From Hydrolagus affinis (Eukaryota), in the NCBI GenBank assembly GCA_012026655.1, contig JAAILG010000029.1, positions 124,001-188,000 on the forward strand: 64,000 nucleotides of DNA, in the 5' to 3' direction. Position numbers and translations under genes: made by a program. Below the pieces are notes generated by a model. The model ran no database searches and was not told where the DNA came from. It saw only the letters and a list, made by a program, of their open reading frames with translations. Shown piece by piece: positions 36,520 to 49,664 of the stretch. Position 1 is the stretch's first letter. Every line of letters starts with the position of its first letter.

Positions 36520-37351
36520 TGGTAAATAAAAACTAAACACAGATTTGCTTCTTTTATTTGGCAGGGCAGGATGGAGCCTGCCTGCTGTGTGTCAGATCTA
36601 ACAACACTGATTACACACGTTCTGCTAATCTGTTTCCCTGCCCTGGGCAGATAACTGGTAATCAGAAATCAATGTTTCTGTATGATTATGCAATACACCC
36701 TAGACAGCCTCGCTAACTCTTTCATCTGCATTACACCGGATGCCTCAAACACCGATATATGTATACTGTATATATAAGAGCACTAATTGGCCAATTTCAG
36801 CAATTAAATTTCAAACCATATAAAACAACGCACTTTAAACTAAACAAGGTTGTGATAAGAGTCTGCATAGAGTTGGCTGTCACCCACAGACCAGTTTTAC
36901 TTGAAGTGGAGCAAAATGAGCAGCAATTTAGCGATATTTTAAAGGGCAAACACAAATTCCTGTAACAGCGGGGAGATTGCAGTCACTGTTACAAAGACGA
37001 GAATATTATACAGTATTTATGTCAGAGATTTCCCGACCCAATCACACAATTAGAAGCATTCCTTGCTGCGACGCTCATTCATTCACCTACCGTTCAAAGA
37101 TAATCTACACTGCAATCGGACTGTGTGTCTAACAAAGTGTCCATCCAGGTACAGTGTTTGAAGACATTGTTTAAATGTGTGTTTTTTTCATATAGATATA
37201 TATACAGTATATATAAAGTGATATCAACGTGTGATTGTTTACCTATTATTGGTTCGTGTTAGTGCTTCTCAGATATTGCAAATGTATTTCTCCCCCCCTC
37301 CCCCCCACTGGACGCTGAAAATCGCAAACTGTGTAATACAAAATCTGTGCA

Positions 37352-37395
37352 GTTAGTGAGTTAGTTTTATATTTAGTTAGTTAGTTAGTTAGTTA
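37352..37395. repeat. (TTAG)n tetranucleotide repeat
   Basis: ttagttagttagttagttagtt. Confidence 0.8.
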
Positions 37396-38261
37396 ATAAG
37401 TCACTGGTTTGACTGCCCACCAGCTCCCAGCGGTGACACTGTGATTTGGGAACCTGTTAAATAGTAAAACGTGCTCCCGAACTAGTCGTCCAGATCTAGG
37501 TTTCGGTTTCAGGATTTCCCCCTCCCCCCACCCACCAGGAAAAGTCATGTGAACCTGAAACAAAGAAGGAAAAGTGGGTGAGGCTGCTGGCCAGGGCTAT
37601 ATTATAATTGTAGGATGGCTGGGCTGTGGGTGATACTAATGAGACAGGATATGAGGGGACACAAGTGAAGTGGGGTGGGAGTTGGTCGAGGAAATCACAG
37701 AGGGATTGATTGGGTTTGAGAAGGGAAAGCAATTCAGGGGATAAGTTGCAAAAATGGGTATGAGTGACTGTAAAGCAAGAGTAGGCAAAGAAAACAGCTA
37801 TAAAATGAAAACCCTAGAGGATATGGAATTGGGAGGTGGGGCAGGGAATGAGTAAAGTGGGTGAAAGGAACTCATGAACAAAAGAGAGCAGAAAATAATA
37901 ATACTCCTTGCGTTTGATATAGCGCTTTTCATGTCTTCTAGACGTCTTGAATGTTTGCAAATGATGTTGGCTCTTATAAGACAAAAAGGGGCAAGACAGA
38001 AATCATTTTCCTTTGCTTTCACCATAGAAAATCTGGGTGAGTATTTTAATATGTGACCAGAGGTATGAACCAAAGTGATTGTTAACACTTAGAAAAGCTT
38101 ATTGCTGCTGAGTGTAGAGATTGGATACAATTGCAGTTGCAGTGGGTGAAATTCCATCACAAACACATGCTTTACTCAGAGTTGGCAAGAACACATTTTT
38201 ATTTTTATTTTATAGATTTCACTGCACATTCACAAAGTTTGAAGGTAATCTCCAACAGCCT

Positions 38262-38438
38262 ATAATATTAATATTAATCCTTACATGTGATATAGTGCTT
38301 TTCACGTCTTCTAAACGTCTCAAAGTGCTTCACAGAATAAACTGTAAAGTGAATTGATTGTATATTTGTGGGCCAAACAAGGCAGCCAATTGTGCACAGC
38401 AGCATCCACACAAACAGTCATGGATTAAAATGACCAAT
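38262..38438 (-). mobile_element. SINE 3' half
   Basis: Reverse complement of the family body and tail. Confidence 0.85.
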
Positions 38439-39479
38439 GAAAGAGTGAGAGAGACGAACACAGAGAGAGAGATAGAGACCCACTATGATTTGATGTAGAA
38501 AGCTCGGCCATTAGGCAACACCCTGTAATAATGTCTGTTCAATGTGAAATCCATTCAAATAGGATTTTTGCTAAAAGGAAATGTAAAATTGTAATGAATT
38601 GCCAATCAAATATCTAAATTAGCAGTGCAAGAAAGCAGTAAACATAATCCAATTGGGACTCTGAATGTTGTGCAAAATTTGATCAGCTGCCACTAGTAGA
38701 TGATCCATTCATATTTTTTGAAAAACAAAATCATCAAAATGTATCACTTTATACAACAGGTTTAGTTAACAAAGAAGGCAACCTGTGGTGCACAGTCGCT
38801 CATCTCTTTACATGTATCCTGACACTTGGATGTTGGGTCTGGCTTTTGTTCACGTTTAACCTTTACATTGCCGAGAAAGGGAAATGTTCATGTGTGGGTG
38901 ACAAACATACGTGGAGCTCGCAGTCTAGTTTAGATACTCTATTATTTCCCCGCATGTGACAGACAGCTGCCGAACTAAAATAAAATGCTGGCAAAATTAC
39001 CGTAACATCTATTTGCAGCATGTTTCAGCTCACACACAAACTCATAGAACACGTTATTTAAAGTTTTTTTTTAAAAGAACAGAAATCTTATACTCATCGC
39101 ATTGTCAATCCCTGTCCCTGTTTATTTTATTTTTGATAAGTTGGTATATTACGCCTTGGTAAGTAACTTTTTTTTAAAAAAAGTGGATTTTTGATGGCGG
39201 CAAATAAAAGATAAGAGATCAGTCGTTGACCGAATCACACTTACGGATTTGTCCGCATCGATAAATTATGCTAATTGAGGAAATGCAGTTGCAATAGATA
39301 GTGAGCTTTAAAGGCTTAAAGACACGAAAGGAGAAACAAGGTGTTATGGCAGAATCATTCTCTGTTCATTCAACGCCGATCAGCTGATGAGCAAATATTG
39401 CAGCTTTCAAAAAGTCATATGTATAGTGGAACTATAGGCCTGTTTGACATTTACAATAAGAAAATTGTAGATGTTTATC

Positions 39480-40130
39480 AGAAAGGAAACAAATTCAAGA
39501 GCGTCTAGTGGGAGAGAAACCAATATTGTTTGATTTAAGAGAATGTGTATGCAATGAAAAGTCATGCCTAACAAATTTAAGTTTAATGGAATTTCTTGAG
39601 AGTGTAACAGAGATGGTTGATGAGAATAATGTGGTTGATATTGCATATCTTGACTTACAGAAAGCATCTGATATGGATCTTCATTGAAAGACTGGAGGCT
39701 GAAGTGAAAGCTCAGGGGATGAGGGAGGAAGCAGGAAATTGGGCGATAAATTGGCTAATAGGAACAAAGGGTTATTATTAATGGTCAAATTTCTAATTGG
39801 GCAGCGGTGACAAGCACAGTCCTCCTCCCCCCTACTCCTTCTCCAACCCCCCTTCCTCCCCTTCCCCATGGACTGGTTGGAACGCAAGCTGTTAATAATA
39901 CTTGCAATTCAGAGAGATGCTCGATAGGTTTAGCAGTGGGCAGACGAATGACGTATTGTAATTAATGTTTAAAAAATGTGTGCTAAATATAGCAAATAGA
40001 GTTGCAAATTAGATGGTACATCGTCAAATTAAGTAAATCAGGAGAGAGGATGAAATCTGGTGTTTGCAGCAAGTCGTAAAATCAGTAGAAAGCATTCAGA
40101 AAGATCAACCAAGATAGCAGCTGGTTTTAG
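39480..40130 (+). mobile_element. Decayed CR1 reverse-transcriptase fragment
   Basis: Broken frames give SCLTNL..MEFLESVTEMVDENNVVDIAYLDLQKASD, the CR1 RT motif. Confidence 0.75.
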
Positions 40131-40329
40131 ATTCCTAAGAATGTGAGGAGAAGTTAATGCATTCCTACTGCAAATGAATGATTGAAAATAATCAAGTGAA
40201 ATAACATTTTATTTCACATGATTATTTTCAATCATTCATTTGCAGTGAAGTGCTTTTGTGCAGAGAACAAGTCAAGCTGACCACTACAATGCAGGATTCA
40301 GCAGGAAATTGGTTGATGCTTGGTTGGAG

Positions 40330-40700
40330 TTGCTGTCCTTCAGATGAGATGTTAACCAGGGTCAGCACTTTGGGACATCCTCCCAACGTGAAAGGCGCTA
40401 TATAAGTGCAATTTTGTTTGTGTGTTGTTTGTTGTTTGTCTGCCTGCCTGTTCAGGTGAACATTAAAAATCCCATGGCACTCTTTAAAAAGAGAAGGGGA
40501 GTTTCTTTCTCCCAGTGTCCTGGTCAACAATCCCCCCACACCCCCACAATTTAAAAATTGTTCACTCATTTTATAGCTGTGTCTATGCTCAATTGTGCTG
40601 CCATGTTTACCTACAAATATACAGTAGCTCCATTTCACGGTAAATTTCTGTGAAGGAAACTTCCTTTGAGACATCCTTCCAAGGTGATAAGGAGCGGTAC
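40330..40700 (+). mobile_element. Deu-type SINE with a short L2 3' end inserted (about 40360-40437)
   Basis: ttcagatgagatgttaacc | L2 tail | tctgcctgcctgttcaggtgaacattaaaaatcccatggcact...gtgtcctggtcaaca. Confidence 0.75.
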
Positions 40701-41745
40701 CAAAGGCACTGTTGTTTTAGAGCTTTCAGGTGGGTTTAGTTCTTGGAACTGTCTTCTTCAGACACTAATCACGTCTTGCCATATTGGAAGTCTGTAAATG
40801 TGTGCGTTGCAGCAGATGTTGTGGCTTCTGTGGCAGATGTTGCAGCTGCTGCAACACAAACTCTTGCATTCCATGTTGTTACGCACAACTCACAAGCTCC
40901 AGTTCACAATGAAATCCTGTGATGTGACCTTTCCATTCGATTTTATGGTATTTAAACAATTTTCAGCTGCAAATATGATAGGCACTGCAGTAATATAATT
41001 GCACATGTCTCTGTTTATGGGCTTGACAATTTTTGTTGCAAAGCATTTTACCGCTGGCATTACACCTTTTGATGTTCATTATTACGTACTGATAGAGTCG
41101 GAATTACAACCCTCCCTCCACAATGTGCGGTTACAGCGTTGGCCAGCACTAAAACCTGCCTATCGTGTAACAGTAACTCAATGCATTTTGTCAGTTCTCA
41201 GCTGGATAGCATGTTTCACTGCGTAATACAAGTGAATTGGAAACCTAGCCTTGCAAGTGGCAGCATCCTTGCCGTGTGATGAACATTTCGTTTGCAGCCA
41301 TGAACAATATGCTGAGTAAATAAAGTGGAGGTCTCAAGGGAATTATAACCACATTGAATGAGCCAACCTTTTTCTCATGACAAATGCACGGGTCATTTAA
41401 CATCTGAGCCATTTTAAAATGATGTTTCTTCAGTTTTAATTTACTGTCACCACCTAACAAATCTTTATGCTTCAGAAATAGAGATTTATATACAACTATT
41501 CATATTAAATCACTGAAGCCATATTAATCACCATTGTGCTAAATGTCCAAGGCAATTGTGAGACAGAAGATTTAATAAAGAGAAACATTGAAACATTGAA
41601 CAGTAAAAGGAGAAACAGCGGGGAATAAGGCAGAGGTGATATTGGGTGGGGTAACAGACTTTGTTTTGAATGCTGACACTGTGATGGTTAGATTTTCTGA
41701 AGCAAGTTACTGTTCAGTTTGGAGTTCAGCACATATCAGACAAAC

Positions 41746-42292
41746 TCAGTTAGCAGCACTCTCATCACTGAGCCAGGAGGTTGTAGGTTAAAGCGCCAGG
41801 TTAGGACTTTATGAGCTCATAGTCTGGGCTGAGACTCCAGTGCAAAACTGTGTTCTTGGCATTGTTGGATGTCCCTTCCTTCAGATGAAATATTAAACTG
41901 AGGTTCCGTTTGCCCGTTCAAGTGCACAATGAAGATCCCATGGCACTGACTCAAAAGTGAAGGTGTGATAGCCAACAATCATCTGGGAAAAAACGCAAAA
42001 TACTGCAGATGCTGGAGATCGGAAACAAAAACAGAAATCACTGTGAACACTCAGCAGGTCAAGCAGCAGCTATGGAGAATGGAAAGTGAGTCAACGTTTC
42101 GGGTCCACGACCCTTCTGATCCCTCTGGACCCCAAACGTTGACTCAGTTTCCTTTCTCCAATCACCTGGAGAAAATGGATTATTCATGTTATCTGCGGCA
42201 AATTGGATGCTGCATTTTACAGGATGCTTCAAATATAGTCACTACACTCCAGAAAATCCAGTAAAGCACTTTAAGATGTTTTGACGATATGA
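41746..42292 (+). mobile_element. Deu-type SINE hosting a Penelope-like insert
   Basis: Head tcagttagcagcactctc; ttcagatgaaatattaaactgagg...gaagatcccatggcact; resumes near 42160 with caaattggatgctgcattt. Confidence 0.7.
41988..42160. mobile_element. Penelope-like terminal fragment with inverted arm
   Basis: 35-bp inverted repeat (42073-42107 / 42126-42160, 3 mismatches), flanked by imperfect aatca(t/c)ctgg..aaaa direct repeats. Confidence 0.65.
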
Positions 42293-42475
42293 TAATAATA
42301 ATAATAATCCTTGCAATTGATATAGCGCTTTTCACATCCTTTAGACATCTCAAAGCACTTCACAGAATATACTATAAAGCGAATTGACTGTATATTTATG
42401 GGCGAAAGGCGGCAGCCAATCACGCACAGCAGTGTCCCACAAACAGCCATGGATTGAAATGACCAATTTTATTAT
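42293..42475 (-). mobile_element. SINE 3' half
   Basis: Reverse complement of the family tail and body. Confidence 0.85.
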
Positions 42476-43645
42476 TGATAGGGTGTGAAACACAAGGATT
42501 ATTATCATCATTATTACTACAGTATGCAGAGCAACATTGTAAATTGCATGCTTTTATTTTACAGTTCAAATCTTAAAAATAATTTAAGTTGCTAAGTTTC
42601 TAACATGTACAACATGTCCTCTGTTTTAGAATACAGCGCTATGGCTTAGCTCTGGATTGAATATGGCTTGATGTGCTGGATGCAGAGCTACTGCTGCTGT
42701 TGGGGTTGGGTTCAGTGCCTCTTGATGAACCTTGATAAGCAATCCACTATTTAGAGTAATGGACTTCATTCATTATTATCTCAGTTGATTTTCATTTACA
42801 CTTAGCTCTAACAATTAACTTGAGCAGCTGTGAAGGTGATGAAAGGAGTGGAACACTCAGAGGTCAGGGACTGTTGTATGTGATAAATTAAATACTATTA
42901 TCAACAGTGAAAGCACCTCACACTTTCATCAGCCATAAACGAAGAGGTGCAGAGGCAAACAAATACTCAGTTTACAATCAATTACAAAAATTGTGCATTA
43001 TTAATAATGCATCTTTGACGTGAGGATTTAGCCCTATCTGTGGCTGTAAACCCTGACAATTTCAATTTGATAATCAAGTACATTTAAATCACAAGTAACA
43101 TGGGGGAAACTATGTAAATTATGCATTATTTGGGGGATTCACAGAAATCACGACTGAATTTTTTAACCCCCTTTGACGGTCAAAATTTCTATGGCCTGAA
43201 ATTTCTCACATTCTAACCTTAAAGCCAGTGCTTTAAAATTTAAGATTGTACAGAACTTTGGAAAATCATCTTCAAACCAGTCTTACAACACAAGTTCCAC
43301 AGTTCTTTTTCAGAACATTGGCTTCCAAATAAAGACTGTTTTCAAAATATTTTGCTTGGTCTTAAACTGTAAGACAAGAAATTTGACCCAAGGACTTAAA
43401 ATAAAAACAGTACTTTTGCTATTCTAACATTCTATAAATTATAAATATCCGTACAACAAATAGATTTTTTAAATAAAATGTAACAAAACATTTGTAGACT
43501 TCGTAAAGATTGGGAGTGTTTTGAAAGCTGAACAGGCTTTTGATCCCTCAAAGAGTTAATAACACACTAAATTTATCAATTTTCTTGCTTTTTTCAGTAA
43601 TTGAGTAGTTTGACATCAGACTCATGGACAGTGCTCCCAATTGAT

Positions 43646-43916
43646 ATAATAATAATCCTTGCATTTGATAATAGTACTTTTCACATCTTCAAGAGTGCTT
43701 CACAAAATGCAGTGTATATTTTGTGGGCGAAATGCGACACCCAATTGTGCACAGCAGTGTCCCACAAACAGTCATGGATTGAGATGACCAATTTTTTTTT
43801 GAGGGATTATTATCGGGCATGTGGAGTCAGGAAACTTGGCCAAGGTTTTGACCTGCCGGGAACTCAGGTTTCTCGCTGGTAAGGCAAGTGCTCTAACCAC
43901 TGAGCTACATGACTCC
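43646..43916 (-). mobile_element. Near full-length tRNA-SINE
   Basis: gtgctctaaccactgagctaca head (reverse) and aataatccttgcatttgat tail. Confidence 0.9.
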
Positions 43917-46900
43917 ATGATATTATTGCACTCCTAAAAACAGAGAAGGTGGAAAACCTTTTTTTGCTGGCAATTAGTATGACTGCTTCTGGGGCTTTAA
44001 CCCACAACATCCTGACTCAATGCTGAGAGTGCTGCCAACTGTTTGTAGTTTTCATTTGGTGGAAACTAACAAATAACATGCCAGGGTAAACAAGATTGAA
44101 TAAGGGTCAGAAGCAAATATAGTTTTGACAAATATTCAATTTAAGCATTTATCAACATATTCGAATGTGATAATTGAATATCACAATAACTCCCTCTGGC
44201 AACATGGAGATTTCAATCTTTTCAAAAAAAAATTGTTGAAATACTTATTATTAATTCGGAATCACATTCCTTTATAGTTGAGCTCGTAAAGAAAGGAGGA
44301 GGACTAACATGGGGACAAATGTAGGCTGAGCTGTTGAAAGCGAGCGTAAGTATATTCTATCATTAAATTATGTAAATAGTTTGCCTCACTTTTGTGCAGT
44401 TTTTGAGATCTCAGCATTGGTGCACTCTTGGCTGTTAGAGGTCCAGGAAACCAGAAGAATTATATCTAACAATTATTAGAGAAATCACTCTGAAGGAATT
44501 TGCAAATGTGTTCATTCAAATTTGTAAATTATGTGATAACCAAATTCAATACAACAAAATTCATTATCCAACGGATCCACATAAATAAAATGTTAGACTT
44601 CAAAAGCTTTTAGCAATTCAGGATGTATTAGGAAAATATAGAAGCAGTCATACTAATTGCCAGTAAATCAAAGCCGACAACAGACTGAGCATACCAATTC
44701 AAATTCAACAAATACGAGAATAAGATGCAGATTTAAGTCACACTTTAAGTAATTGTTTGGTTATTGACTGAAATTCATCCCCTGCGTCCCACAGATAAGC
44801 AGATAAGACGCAGATGACTGTAAGAAGGATTCCCAATAGGATTCAGGGAATCTCTGTGAATTGGATCAAAACAATTTTCCTGCAGATTAGCTCAACGCAT
44901 TTCCTGTTGCCAGAGGGAGTACCCGTGAGCATGCCTTGTTAAGAAATACCTCAGTTTGGGCAGCGTTGCACTAGTTACAATTAACCAAAGGTGCAATGGG
45001 TTGCCAAGAATCAGAAGGCACAGTGATCAGCAAACAGCACTGACACACCTAGACAACTAAACACATATTGATATTATGGAGTGAAATTATGTACCCACGC
45101 ACAACCCATTTGTGCTCAGATAGTCACTCCTGATGCTATTTGTCATCCAGGGAGTGACAAACACAATTACACTGTAGTGCTAATAGAGTGGAAGGGCAAA
45201 ACTGGTTGACCTCAGCATTCTGGGTCGATGCAAATGTTTGATGTCTCATTGAATTAGTATCACAGTGTGAAAGACAAAGCTTAAACTAATGGAAATGAGC
45301 TTAGACATGCAATAGTGCTGATTGGACTGATATAATTAGAATAATATTATTCACTGAGCTAATAACTGGAAGAAGAAATGAATAGCCCTCAGAGATTTAC
45401 ATGGGAGGGTATTACAGTACACAGTCATCAAATATGCTGAGGATAGCATTTTGTTTACTCACAGAATGCTAATGCGAAACAATTTAGAATGAGTTCTTTA
45501 TCTTTATTTCTCTGATGATAAATGGGAAAATCCAGGTCAACATTTTCGACCATTATTTTAGTCCATTTTCCTCCTGCTGCACAATGGGTTATTTACTTGT
45601 GTGCCAATGTCTTCAAACTGTGTAGCCTTTCAGGGTTTATTGTTGGGTGTGAATGATAAATGTTTAGCCATCTCAGTGCCATACAGTATCATGTTGTACA
45701 GTACTGGTCTGATATTAGTTTGTGTATGTGTGTAATTAAAGCCTGAGCTAATGAAGTTGTGGATATCAAAAATAGCCCAAATAAAAATACAAAGAAATAG
45801 CATCTTCATTGTAAATGCTTTGTCAGTCTGGATATAGGATTTAGTAGTAGAAAGATGATGTTTGATTGTGATGCAATGGTATGGGATGGGATAGGTTGCT
45901 TTGCACAGGTGTTAGAGAACTTGCACCTGAAGACATTCCTCTTTGACCATGCCTCCACTCATCTCCATCGGCTCAGTCTCTGCCACAGTCATGCACTCTG
46001 GGTGCTTCCTTGCTTGCAGGACGCTACATAAGTGCAAGTTGTTGTTGTACCTGGTGACAGACGAGAAGGAGAATGTGTGAATTTACCCTGTCTGGCACGT
46101 CCACTTCTCTCCACCAGCCCTTCAGACCAGTGCACAGCTCACTGAGATGCAGGGAGAAGTCTGAGTTGGTTCCCGCTGTGTGATCGTTGAGCTAGTTGAC
46201 GACCTAAGTGAGTTGCGAGGCGATCTGAAGCAAACTGGACAAAGTCATTCCGGTCATGTAACAGGTATGTAGCAACTTCTTGGTGCTATTAGGCAGTGGG
46301 AACGTACGGCACCCTTTGTGGCCGAGTTGTGTGATGTGTAGGAGACGCATAATATACAGTACCTACATGCATAATATACAAACACAGAAACTTTATGTGT
46401 CGTCTGATTTTTGTCATAGGTGTGCATCTCAAAAGGAAAAGGCAGGCAGCTTCAACAGTGGAGCACTATATAAAAATTCTTTCAACATAACTATTGTCAA
46501 CGGTGCTAATGTACAGCCATGAAATGAGCAAATGCAATGTTTTGGTGTGCAGCCGAATAGCAATCTCATGGTTTTACAAACAGAAAAGCAATAAAGAATA
46601 GGTGCGTGTTTGTAGAGTCAGTTCATGAAATAATATTGCTGCTAGTTTCTTTATGCAGAGAAACAAATGAATACATTTTCGTAATCCAGAAATGGTTTGG
46701 GTGTGTGTGTACATAAACTTTAAGGTCCAAAAACATTGTTGCAGATCAAAAATCATTTTAATTCAACTTTTTTTTAACTCTGCAATTATGTGATTGCCTC
46801 CTAACACAATTGCATATTTTCTAACTGGGCATTTATAAATTGTTTGTCTTCAATCATTGCTTTGCTACATTTTATTTTGCGAAGTTTGTGATTAGCTGAG

Positions 46901-48337
46901 GTTGGTGCCCACTCATCATGAACAGAATGTGAGGGGAAAGAAAAGTTGCACTGCATCACCCCTTGCATCAGCAGAGAACAATTTCACTCATGTTATAATG
47001 TATTGTCCGCACAGGCATTTTTGAAAGTGATGAGGCCCAAATTTCCGTCTGCTCTTAGCCCGTCCTCACCTTCCATCTTAAAATTGAACTTGCACAAAGG
47101 TGTGAAAATATCTTAAATGTATTTTTAATCTAAACTAATCCTAATAGTTCTAAAAAAAACTGGCTTTCAAAATTTCTACATAAGTTGCCTGATCTTGGCT
47201 TTAAAACAAAATATGTTTTAGGGATTGTGAGCATTCAAGCTAATGAACAGGACCAAGGAAAGATGAGAACATATACTAAGGAATAAGAATAATCCTTACA
47301 TTTGATATCAAGCCTTTCACATCAGAAGGACACGTCAAAGAGCTTTACAGGATTTGCTGTAAAATGTAGTGATTGTATATTTTGTAGGAGAACACACTTA
47401 CAAATAGTTTCTATCAGAGTAGTTTCTTATCATTTAAGTCAAGATTTTAGTTTGGTCTTAAAAGCTTGCGAAATACAGTAACCTTTATAAAGGTTCCAGG
47501 ATGTGTGAATCACATAATTTGTAATCTATTTGTTGCAGTCTGCGTTCCGGAAACTGGTTCAATTCAATGTAAAGAATGAAATGGAGCAGCTTCCATTGGT
47601 CCTTCACATTCTACGCGACATCCCTACTCCCGAGTAGCACATTATTATTCTAATGACAGTGCTCATTGCAAGTGCCAGGAGCTCTTTTGGATCGGCGCCC
47701 AATCTAATATGGAATGCTGCAGAACACACACAGTAATGCTGCGCTTCCCGGTAACTGGAGAAAGTGGGGAATTGACTGAAAAACAGAGCAGGGTGTTTCA
47801 GTCTGCACAAGAGAAGAGAACACTTGATAGTGTCTGACAGATTTAGAGCATGCAAAATCCCCTGAAAACATATTTAAATATAGGCTGTTTGATGGTTTTT
47901 ATGACAGCTGCCACGCAGTTATGGGGAGAAAAAAAAGCAATGGCTTGCTTGATTTACATAATATTTGGGACTTGGCCCTTTATATTTGCACAAACAGAAT
48001 CACTTAACAGGACGTTGGTGCCAGAAATAAGTAAAGCTGAACGGAACCCCTTAAGAATTTTATAGGATTTGCGTGATACTAATTTCCGGGCACATCAATA
48101 GTAGAATTGGCTAATTAGTGTGTCACTCTGGAACGCAGGAGATGCTGTATGCTTGTGTGGAAATTGCAGAGTGGTTTCCAAATTAGTTCTGTTTAATTTA
48201 AATCTATCAATAATCAGTTTCTGATGAAATTTGGAAAATATTAGCTGCCCACAACCTACATCTGTAAGATGATACTTTATTACTGTGTCCCTCATAGTGA
48301 ATACAACAATGCTGGTTCATGCCAATGCAATAAATAT

Positions 48338-48450
48338 TGATAATAATCCTTGTTTTTGATATAGCGCCTTCTCACATCTTTGAAATGACTCAATGTGCTT
48401 CACAGAATATACTGTAAAGTCAATTGAATGTAATATATTTTGTGGACAAA
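48338..48450 (-). mobile_element. SINE 3' fragment
   Basis: Reverse complement of the family tail. Confidence 0.75.
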
Positions 48451-49664
48451 ATTAACTTAATTTAAAGAAACCTATCAAATAAATAAACAACTCAAACGTT
48501 GACATATTATGTTTATCTGGCAAACAATTTAATTACCAGCAACATGGGTTTTACATGGATACATGCAGCAGACTTATTTGGGAGTGACCTAATGCAGAGA
48601 AGCAAATGAGATGGGGAAACGTTGAGGAATGCAGGGTTCTAGCATCAAGTTACAATTGTATAACGCCTTTCATAGCGGGAGGACATCAAAAGGCACTAGG
48701 TGTGGGAGGAATGCAGTCATTCAATACTGAACCTGTACTGCTAGTCCCAATAATTCCATTGATAAACTGTGGCAAAATAATACTTTGAAAAGTTGGTAGA
48801 TATTGAAGAGTTGGGAGACATTGGCAAGAGCTTTATCATTTTACAATTTGTTGCTTTCCACCTTAAATTGGATGGAAAAGATCGAGTCCCCAATATGGTA
48901 CGTAGATAGGCCTTTGCAAAGGAGTAGGCTAAATGGGCCAAAGCCGCAATGCATTTTAATGCTTGATCCCAGAGGCGGGACTTTGGAAGAACATTGATTT
49001 AATTGAAAGAGCTTATCCTCCTCTGGGGCAACATTCTTAACGTGACCCTCAATGATTCAAATAAAGTCAAATGAACACCCAAATTATCCTGGGATAGACC
49101 ACGGCGGTTGAGCAATCGCTGGTCTCCTTTGAGGAAGCTTGCCAGTGTTCACACAGCGGATGCTTTTCACCGTGGTTTCCCATATTACCAGATACAACAG
49201 TGACATCATGTGGGAAGTGACAATAGGATATGGCTACCCACTCCCACGCTGCACTGCTTCCCTCAGGGACCCGCATAACAAACACCAGTTTGCTGCAGAT
49301 AAACAAATAAATCACTGCTTTGTAATGAAGTCACTTTTTTGCTGTGGCCTTTCCTGGAGATTTTTGTAAACAGTTTGATTACACTATCAATTTAAAGGGA
49401 GCACGAACTACTTCTCTGAGATCTGCATAATCTCCTACGTGTGTGGCTTGTTAAACTGCGGGAAGCTCTACACCAGAAGAGGCGCAGATGTGTGTGTTTG
49501 TGTGTGCGCACGCCATTAAAAACTGAGATGATCAAGAAATTACAGAGCCTAGTGTGGAGTCCCGTACACAGCACCGCTCCAATGCTGTCATTTCTATATG
49601 TAAATACAAGGCTGGCAATTTGCAATAATGTGAATGTTGCAGATTAACTCTCACTAATGGTCAC

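Noticed and set aside
40228-40674. 148-aa minus-strand ORF
   Set aside because: Runs antisense through a Deu-SINE and an L2 tail.
42601-42620. p53/p63-like paired CATG motif
   Set aside because: The CATG cores are 9 nt apart rather than 10 and the flanks mismatch the consensus.
49175-49250. RBPJ paired site (SPS)
   Set aside because: Orientation and spacing do not fit the head-to-head 15-17 nt arrangement.
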